DNA of 64,000 bases. Origin: a virus. Below, piece by piece: positions 57,863-63,201 of this stretch. The position numbers were made by a program, and so were the translations under genes. The notes under the pieces were generated by a model. The model saw nothing but the letters and a program-made list of their open reading frames with translations, did no database searches and had not been told where the DNA came from. Location: IMG/VR virus record IMGVR_UViG_3300027708_000019. One strand, 5' to 3'. Position 1 is the stretch's first letter. Each line of letters begins with the position of its first letter.

Positions 57863-58575
57863 AAAATTTTCAGATTTGGAACTTCATCAAGGAATTTATA
57901 ATACTCATTGGCAAGAGTAACAACTTTGTTGTAGTCTTTCTCCCAAACACCTTTGATATTATCACGTGCTTCTTCAACACTGTTTGACATATAAAGTTGT
58001 TTCTTTACTTCTTTAATTACACCATCTTCAAATTTGGTTGCGTCTCTATATAATGTTACACCATTCAACCAGTCATTTGGTAAATATTGTTCAGCAAAAG
58101 TTTTGTTATCAACATAATTGACAATCGTATTAGATAAACTCAAAGCATATACACATCTATTAACATACTCAGCGTATTCTTTCAGCTGAATTAACTTATC
58201 GTATCTACTACCTGTGTCAAATTCTTTTGGTAATCCAACTTCAACAAGTTGTGTTGCGTCGTTTAACACTTTTACTGTAGGAATTTGACTGGTAATTAAA
58301 TCAGCAGCAGCACCACGTTTCTCTGCTGTCTTATTGAACACCATGTAATTTAAACAGTTATCATTGGTCATACCACTAGTAATTTTGGGCAGAACATAAA
58401 CTGTGGTCGCGATCTTTGAAGACAAAAGTTGAGCGGTCTGCAGTGTAATCCAGTAATCATAATCATCAAGCATAAGCCAACGATCAAAAATCTGACAGTA
58501 GATACCATTCGTTCTTCTATTTCCTTCCTCGTCGTAGTACATGTTATCTACGATTTTAATAGTGTTACGTTGCAT
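57859..58575 (-). CDS. Hypothetical protein (238 aa)
   Basis: AAGGA RBS; ATGA coupling to the PP-loop gene. Confidence 0.75.
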   Translation of the reverse strand: MQRNTIKIVDNMYYDEEGNRRTNGIYCQIFDRWLMLDDYDYWITLQTAQLLSSKIATTVYVLPKITSGMTNDNCLNYMVFNKTAEKRGAAADLITSQIPTVKVLNDATQLVEVGLPKEFDTGSRYDKLIQLKEYAEYVNRCVYALSLSNTIVNYVDNKTFAEQYLPNDWLNGVTLYRDATKFEDGVIKEVKKQLYMSNSVEEARDNIKGVWEKDYNKVVTLANEYYKFLDEVPNLKIL

Positions 58576-58588
58576 AATTTATCCTTAA

Positions 58589-58662
58589 TGGTGGAGGATG
58601 AGAGAATCGAACTCTCAATAATGACTTGCAAAGCCATGGTTATCCCATTTAACTAATCCCCC
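58589..58662 (-). tRNA. tRNA-Ala(TGC)
   Basis: G3:U70 pair, ATGGC-TTTGCAA-GTCAT, CCA. Confidence 0.95.
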
Positions 58663-58665
58663 AAT

Positions 58666-58743
58666 TGGTCTCAGTAGAAGGATTCGAACCTTCGACCCCC
58701 TGCTCCCAAAGCAGGTGCGCTAACCAGACTGCGCTACACTGAG
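58666..58743 (-). tRNA. tRNA-Pro(TGG)
   Basis: CCTGC-TTTGGGA-GCAGG, CCA. Confidence 0.95.
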
Positions 58744-58750
58744 TTAATTT

Positions 58751-58825
58751 TGGTGGTGATGGTTGGATTCGAGCCAACGACCCCCTGCGTATGAAGCAGA
58801 TGCACTACCACTGTGCTACATCACC
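58751..58825 (-). tRNA. tRNA-Met(CAT), elongator-like
   Basis: TCTGC-TTCATAC-GCAGG, paired 1:72, CCA. Confidence 0.85.
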
Positions 58826-58832
58826 GAAATTC

Positions 58833-58915
58833 TGGTGCCCCAAGAGAGACTCGAACTCTCACGCTTGCGCACTGGCTTCTAAGACCAGCGTGTCTACCAA
58901 TTCCACCATCGGGGC
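58833..58915 (-). tRNA. tRNA-Leu(TAG)
   Basis: CTGGT-CTTAGAA-GCCAG, variable arm, CCA. Confidence 0.95.
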
Positions 58916-58934
58916 ATACTTCTACTTCAATAAA

Positions 58935-59008
58935 TGGTGCCCCCACACAGAATCGAACTGCGGATTGATGCTTACAAGGCAACTGTTATACCATTTAACT
59001 ATGAGGGC
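58935..59008 (-). tRNA. tRNA-Thr(TGT)
   Basis: GTTGC-CTTGTAA-GCATC, CCA. Confidence 0.93.
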
Positions 59009-59014
59009 AATAAC

Positions 59015-59089
59015 TGGCTCCAGTGGCTGGGATCGAACCAACGACCAATTGATTAACAGTCAACTGCACTACCGCTGTGCTACACTGGA
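59015..59089 (-). tRNA. tRNA-Asn(GTT)
   Basis: GTTGA-CTGTTAA-TCAAT, G73 CCA. Confidence 0.95.
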
Positions 59090-59097
59090 ATAATGAA

Positions 59098-59313
59098 TTT
59101 GTAAGTTGTGCCACCATCGTTATTGGCACCATTCACCTGTTTATACAAGGGCGACCAGGACTCGGTACGTCACTTGGGATTCATCCAGTTGATACGCCAC
59201 CTGTATACCTCCACCGTAAACGGCGATAAGTCGGAATCGAACCGCAACCTTTTACTAACTTGGTCCTTCGAAGAAACTTCATTAGCATGACTTCACTTGC
59301 TGACACTTACAAA
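59098..59313 (-). ncRNA. Candidate ~215-nt structured RNA containing a T-loop motif
   Basis: 9-bp closing stem TTTGTAAGT/ACTTACAAA filling the fMet-Asn spacer; internal CGG-TTCGATT-CCG; GTGCCA..TGGCAC hairpin; GC-richer than other spacers. Confidence 0.6.
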
Positions 59314-59316
59314 ACT

Positions 59317-59393
59317 TGGTAGCGGAGGTTGGATTCGAACCAACGATTCTTGGCTTATGAGACCAAGCGGATAGACCACTTCCATACACCGCA
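59317..59393 (-). tRNA. tRNA-fMet-like (CAT)
   Basis: Mismatched 1:72 (T:T), GCGG acceptor, CTCATAA loop; anticodon stem GGT/GCC rather than GGG/CCC. Confidence 0.8.
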
Positions 59394-59435
59394 ACAATTA
59401 TATTATGTATATATCTGTTACATACATAAAACAAC

Positions 59436-59511
59436 TGGTGGGACTGCTGGGACTCGAACCCAGAATTGGCAGATTAAAAGTCTGCTGTGATAACCATTTC
59501 ACTACAATCCC
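59436..59511 (-). tRNA. tRNA-Lys(TTT)
   Basis: GCAGA-CTTTTAA-TCTGC, CCA. Confidence 0.95.
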
Positions 59512-59543
59512 ATTCGCTTTCGAACTTTCGTCTTTCGTTTCAT
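59502..59543 (-). CDS. Lys/Arg-rich minigene MKRKTKVRKRMGL ending inside tRNA-Lys
   Basis: Strong RBS TAAGGAGA-AAGTA-ATG; stop TAG at nt 8-10 of tRNA-Lys. Confidence 0.5.
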   Translation of the reverse strand: MKRKTKVRKRMGL

Positions 59544-59563
59544 TACTTTCTCCTTAAAAAAAT

Positions 59564-59638
59564 TGGTACCCAAGGGTGGGAACGATCCACCGACCCTCGC
59601 CTTATCAAGACGATGCTCTACCACTGAGCTACTTGGGC
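59564..59638 (-). tRNA. tRNA-Ile(GAT)
   Basis: TCGTC-TTGATAA-GGCGA; T-loop ATCGTTC; CCA. Confidence 0.92.
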
Positions 59639-59646
59639 ATTATTAT

Positions 59647-59722
59647 TGGTGCTGCCTAGTAGAATCGAACTACTTTCAATGGTTCTTCAAACCACCGCTA
59701 TGACCACATCAGCTAAAGCAGC
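59647..59722 (-). tRNA. tRNA-Phe(GAA)
   Basis: GTGGT-TTGAAGA-ACCAT, CCA. Confidence 0.9.
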
Positions 59723-59724
59723 AT

Positions 59725-59799
59725 TGGGGTGTCGTATGAGAATTGAACTCATGATGACGGAATCACAATCCGTAGTTTTACCACTAAACTAACAACACC
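59725..59799 (-). tRNA. tRNA-His(GTG)
   Basis: G-1:C73, ACGGA-TTGTGAT-TCCGT, CCA. Confidence 0.95.
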
Positions 59800-59805
59800 A
59801 TAAGA

Positions 59806-59880
59806 TGGCGGTCTCAAGGGGTAACGATCCCCTTCTTCGACAGTGACAGTGTCGTGTGCGTCCATGAACACTTTGAGACC
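59806..59880 (-). tRNA. tRNA-Asp(GTC)
   Basis: CGACA-CTGTCAC-TGTCG; T-loop ATCGTTA; G73 CCA. Confidence 0.92.
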
Positions 59881-59884
59881 TGAA

Positions 59885-60006
59885 TAAGTTGGCATTACGA
59901 AGTTTAGCCGTGCATCTTTCGTGCGCACCGAATAGACTGACTGACGTCAGCCCCAAATAACACGCTAGACCCTTTGTCTAGATTGACAGCAACGATAGTT
60001 GCTGTT
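59885..60006 (-). ncRNA. Candidate structured spacer RNA between tRNA-Tyr and tRNA-Asp
   Basis: Hairpins ACAGCAAC/GTTGCTGT, CTAGAC/GTCTAG, GTGC..GAAA..GCAC. Confidence 0.4.
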
Positions 60007-60008
60007 TA

Positions 60009-60093
60009 TGGTGGATGCGGTTGGAGTCGAACCAACAGTGCCAGAGGCGGGAGATTTACAGTCTCCTGGGGTTACCAGTTTTCCTACACATCC
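60009..60093 (-). tRNA. tRNA-Tyr(GTA)
   Basis: GGAGA-CTGTAAA-TCTCC, variable arm, CCA. Confidence 0.95.
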
Positions 60094-60213
60094 ATTAGTA
60101 GAATTCTCTGCACTATTTGCCTACGTTCAACAGCTTTACTCGAGTTTACTGTTTATTGCGTAAGTTACATAACGAATGATCAATCCTCTGTGCTTACAGA
60201 GAATTCTACTAAT
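60094..60213 (-). ncRNA. Candidate ~120-nt RNA closed by a perfect 17-bp stem
   Basis: ATTAGTAGAATTCTCTG (60094..60110) is the exact reverse complement of 60197..60213; fills the Gly-Tyr spacer. Confidence 0.6.
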
Positions 60214-60286
60214 GGAGCGGAATATCAGAATCGAACTGATGACCGAAGATTGGAAATCTGCTGTTTTACCATTAAACTAATCCCGC
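60213..60286 (-). tRNA. tRNA-Gly(TCC)
   Basis: AGA-TTTCCAA-TCT anticodon arm (outer pairs mismatched), U73 CCA. Confidence 0.9.
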
Positions 60287-60290
60287 AACT

Positions 60291-60561
60291 ATATGGCAAC
60301 CTGAGTGTCTCACGACAAGTCTGCTACCATAGTAAAATACATGAGGATGATCAGCAACAACCATCACCCGATGGCTAACCACGTATTCGTCATACGATTG
60401 GTTGCTTCTCACATTACGTTCCAACTTTCTCCAGCGTGACCACCGTATCCACCTTTCGGCTTCGTTTCCATCTTTCGTGTAATCTAGCGAGAGCCAATCC
60501 GTCGATTGGTTATCCTCTCCTAGATCACCTACTGGTTTTGGTAACCCAATGCATTTTACTA
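60291..60561 (-). ncRNA. Candidate ~240-270-nt structured RNA between tRNA-Glu and tRNA-Gly
   Basis: 18-nt inverted repeat 60325..60342 / 60549..60566 (one G.U); internal hairpins CCAATC..GATTGG, TCTAG..CTAGA, CC-GAAA-GG, TGTC-GTGA-GACA. Confidence 0.6.
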
Positions 60562-60637
60562 TGGTACTCGATGGGGGAATCGAACCCCTCCTTCCTGCCG
60601 TGAAAGAGCAGTGTCCTAACCGATAGACGAATCGAGC
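60562..60637 (-). tRNA. tRNA-Glu(TTC)
   Basis: CTGCT-CTTTCAC-GGCAG, CCA; first tRNA of the array. Confidence 0.95.
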
Positions 60638-60650
60638 ACATGGTGAACAA

Positions 60651-60683
60651 ATTTTTAAAGAACAGTTGGCTGGGCTTTGCCCA
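60651..60683 (-). promoter_or_regulatory. rrn-like boxB hairpin + boxA antitermination signal
   Basis: TGGGC-AAA-GCCCA followed by TGTTCTTTAAAAAT (rrn boxA consensus TGCTCTTTAACA) just before the first tRNA. Confidence 0.7.
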
Positions 60684-60750
60684 TTTAATGTTTCCTGCTC
60701 AGCGTTTTGCTTTTCAGCGTGCTTCGCGTTTTGAAACAACCTCAGAAACA

Positions 60751-60779
60751 ATTATATCTCATTTCTGTTTATTTGTCAA
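60751..60779 (-). promoter_or_regulatory. Perfect sigma70 promoter (TTGACA-17-TATAAT) for the tRNA array
   Basis: -35 at 60774..60779, -10 at 60751..60756. Confidence 0.88.
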
Positions 60780-60800
60780 GCACTATTTCTAGTAGCCTAC

Positions 60801-60837
60801 AAAACAAAAAACCCCAAGGACTTTCATCTCTTGGGGT
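60801..60837 (-). terminator. Intrinsic terminator (attenuator terminator)
   Basis: ACCCCAAG-A-GAT-GAAA-GTC-CTTGGGGT then TTTTTGTTTT. Confidence 0.88.
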
Positions 60838-60860
60838 ACTTTGGTTTGGAAACTTTTCGT

Positions 60861-60980
60861 TTACCTTACCGTACCCCCACGAATCTCTGGATTGTTATAG
60901 CCAAATGCTGATGTGCGTGTATCTCCAGCCCATGACTTCATGGTCTTATGACTTTGGAGATGTAAACACATTTGTAACAT
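60861..60980 (-). CDS. Putative attenuator leader peptide, 39 aa containing all 20 amino acids
   Basis: MLQMCLHLQSHKTMKSWAGDTRTSAFGYNNPEIRGGTVR*; AAAGGA upstream; last codons carry GGGGTAC complementary to the terminator 5' arm. Confidence 0.7.
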   Translation of the reverse strand: MLQMCLHLQSHKTMKSWAGDTRTSAFGYNNPEIRGGTVR

Positions 60981-61016
60981 TTGAAATTAAAATCCTTTTC
61001 ATTCATCGAGGTATCA

Positions 61017-61045
61017 ATTATACCTCTTTTATTTATATAAGTCAA
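61017..61045 (-). promoter_or_regulatory. Composite promoter: TTGACT-17-TATAAT with nested late TATAAATA
   Basis: -35 61040..61045, -10 61017..61022, TATAAATA 61030..61037; drives the leader ORF. Confidence 0.8.
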
Positions 61046-61329
61046 GCACTATTTTCAGTTGTTTCGGAAAATATTTTTGACCATGTTTGAAGTTTATTCA
61101 ACTTCTCATTCTTCGCAGTCATAACAGCAGCTTCGCTAACGATACCGCTGTCAATCAGCAAGTCAATCATACACATTAAATCACCAACTTCTTCTTCAAG
61201 ATGTTGTCGATTGCTCAATCCTTTGAAGAAATCGTCAGCACCAAACCGAAACACTTTACTAATCGCCTGAGTTACCTCGGCACATTCTTCCTGCGTAATC
61301 AGCAGGATTTCTTTTTGTACTTCATTCAT
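61042..61329 (-). CDS. MazG-like nucleotide pyrophosphohydrolase
   Basis: EECAEV.QA.SK..RFG.......L.EE.GDL motif. Confidence 0.8.
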   Translation of the reverse strand: MNEVQKEILLITQEECAEVTQAISKVFRFGADDFFKGLSNRQHLEEEVGDLMCMIDLLIDSGIVSEAAVMTAKNEKLNKLQTWSKIFSETTENSA

Positions 61330-61463
61330 CACTTCAATTCCTTTTCCTCAATATACCATTCTTGCAAATCGTAGTATTTCGCAGCTTTTTCTGCTTCTTC
61401 TCTACTACGATATACTGCTAGGTTATCGCCTTCGTCAATCAGAATGTAAACATATGTCTTCAT
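61329..61463 (-). CDS. Small hypothetical protein (44 aa)
   Basis: MKTYVYILIDEGDNLAVYRSREEAEK...; GGGGAG RBS; TGATG coupling. Confidence 0.7.
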   Translation of the reverse strand: MKTYVYILIDEGDNLAVYRSREEAEKAAKYYDLQEWYIEEKELK

Positions 61464-61494
61464 ACGCTTAACTCCCCAATCTTTTTCTGATTCA

Positions 61495-61752
61495 TTATGC
61501 GTACTCATAAAATTTAACAGTCGGATCCAACTTCTGAAGTTGTTGGGCTACAGTTGTCAACTCGCGATACTTCGCTTGAACCACACTGCGTGGCAACTCA
61601 CCATCACAAGTCAAATTCTCAGGACTCAAGTCAGCATGAATTTTATCTGCCAAACTTTGACGATCGGCATGACTATCGAGACTGTATTGTTTACCTTTGA
61701 AAATCGAATTCCACTGGTTTGTCTTGGCAACATAAGCATTTAACTGTTTCAT
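61495..61752 (-). CDS. Hypothetical early protein (85 aa)
   Basis: Start MKQLNAY with AAAGGA RBS; LSPENLTCDGE motif. Confidence 0.75.
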   Translation of the reverse strand: MKQLNAYVAKTNQWNSIFKGKQYSLDSHADRQSLADKIHADLSPENLTCDGELPRSVVQAKYRELTTVAQQLQKLDPTVKFYEYA

Positions 61753-61782
61753 TTCAAGTTCCTTTTTGATCATCATAAGATA

Positions 61783-61811
61783 ATTATACGTCTAAACCGA
61801 ATTTATGTCAA
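61783..61811 (-). promoter_or_regulatory. Perfect sigma70 early promoter (GTGC-TTGACA-17-TATAAT)
   Basis: -35 61806..61811, -10 61783..61788; GTGCTTGAC shared with the promoters at 60779 and 61045. Confidence 0.85.
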
Positions 61812-61900
61812 GCACTTTCTTTAATAACCTTACAGTCTGTAGGGGTATCTGTAAGTCCTTGAAAGTAAACGATTTGTTTTAGGACTGTAACTCTTAGGTC

Positions 61901-61953
61901 TAACTAGAAACCCAACACCGCTATTATACACCGACTGTTAATTAATGTCAAAT
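61901..61953 (-). repeat. Promoter-containing 53-bp element, copy 2
   Basis: ATTTGACATTAATT-N9-TGTATAAT-N4-GTGTTGGGTTTCTAGTTA, matches 14189..14241. Confidence 0.8.
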
Positions 61954-62013
61954 GCTTTTCCGAACCCCCCAAAGGGATAAATATAATTCGAATCCCATAA
62001 AAACAATAAAAAA

Positions 62014-62796
62014 ATGGATCCCTTAACACTCTTTGCGCTTGCGAATGGGGCAGTCTCGGCTGTCAAGGCAGGATGTAAACTATACAAAGACATAAAGGGT
62101 GCTGCTGGTGAAGTCAAAGATGTTCTAAAAGATTTAGATAACCAGTTCAATAAACTTCATCCACCAGAAAAACCTGCTACTGTTGCACAGAAAAATGCTT
62201 ATATACAGGAAAAGAATCGTGTAATCGAGTTAAACAAAAAAGCCAATGCTAATGATCACACTGGTGTGTATACTGAGATCGGCGAACATCTAGGTACATA
62301 CTACGATAACTATTACAAATGTATTGCTATTTTTGATGAAGAAGAAAAGAAGAGTAAGAATGAAATTTATACAGGCGACGCCAGTTTAGGTAAACGTGCT
62401 TTACAACGTGTCTTGATGCGCAAACAATTAGAACAGATGGGCACTGAATTGCGTGAGATTATGGTATATCAAAGCCCACCTGAACTTGGTGCACTTTATA
62501 CTGAAGTTGAAGAGATGATGGGAGTTATGGGCAAACAGCAGAAGAGTCTTATCATCCAACAAATGAAGAGGCATGCAATTGAAGAAAAGCGCAGAGCTGC
62601 AAGAAGAAGACAACTTAATGAGCAATGTTTATGGGGAATTGGTGTTATGGTTTGTATTTTCTTTTTTTTCTTTATAATGATGTTAGTAGCAAAATCTCGC
62701 CAAGAAATGTATCCACAATATGGTAATGAGTTATTCCCAAAGACAGAGGAACAACGAAGAAGAGAAGCATTGCCACAGGTATATGTAGGCAGATAA
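62014..62796 (+). CDS. Hypothetical membrane-anchored coiled-coil protein (260 aa)
   Basis: GATAAATA late-like motif upstream; one C-terminal hydrophobic helix. Confidence 0.75.
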   Translation: MDPLTLFALANGAVSAVKAGCKLYKDIKGAAGEVKDVLKDLDNQFNKLHPPEKPATVAQKNAYIQEKNRVIELNKKANANDHTGVYTEIGEHLGTYYDNYYKCIAIFDEEEKKSKNEIYTGDASLGKRALQRVLMRKQLEQMGTELREIMVYQSPPELGALYTEVEEMMGVMGKQQKSLIIQQMKRHAIEEKRRAARRRQLNEQCLWGIGVMVCIFFFFFIMMLVAKSRQEMYPQYGNELFPKTEEQRRREALPQVYVGR

Positions 62797-62846
62797 CTAA
62801 ATAAAAGAGCGGTAAGTCTAATAATAAAAATAAAAGGAAGACTAAA

Positions 62847-63191
62847 ATGGCAGAAGAAAACAAACAGAACGACAAAGGTGCATTCATCGAGAAGTTGCTA
62901 TTTGCACTATTACCATTACTAATCGGTTCTACTGGTTATCTGATTAGTGCATTGGGTTCATTACAACATGATGTAACGATTTTAAATCAGAAAGTAAGTT
63001 TGGTTGTTACCACAGATAACAAACAAGCATCTAACACTGGTGCTGAATTGGCTCGTGAGAAACTACGTCAAGATCTTGAAAAAGAAATCCAAAAGAATCG
63101 TGATAGTATCATGGAGAATAGAACTCACATTGCTATCATTGAAGATAGACAAGGAATCAAAAATAAGATTGGTCCAGTAAAATCTGATTAA
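62847..63191 (+). CDS. Hypothetical protein, N-terminal TM + coiled coil (114 aa)
   Basis: ACTAAATA upstream, AAAGGA RBS; LLFALLPLLIGS TM. Confidence 0.75.
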   Translation: MAEENKQNDKGAFIEKLLFALLPLLIGSTGYLISALGSLQHDVTILNQKVSLVVTTDNKQASNTGAELAREKLRQDLEKEIQKNRDSIMENRTHIAIIEDRQGIKNKIGPVKSD

Positions 63192-63201
63192 GGAAATTAA
63201 A

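Noticed and set aside
59885-59955. GGGGCTGA resembling a tmRNA 5' end
   Set aside because: Only ~70 nt to the next tRNA; no tag ORF or matching T-arm/CCA 3' end
50999-60637. Suppressor tRNAs or alternative genetic code
   Set aside because: No CTA/TCA/TTA anticodon; genes translate intact with the standard code and use TAG and TGA as stops
60938-61006. Alternative short ORFs in the leader (MNEKDFNFKCYKCVYISKVIRP, MKRILISNVTNVFTSPKS)
   Set aside because: Their ATGs lie upstream of the only SD-like sequence and they stop far from the antiterminator; the 39-aa frame fits better, though they cannot be fully excluded
58791-61090. ORFs 58791..59093, 59108..59290, 59974..60378, 60272..60751, 60707..61090
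   Set aside because: Overlap tRNAs, structured RNAs, promoters and terminator; no RBS or protein-like features
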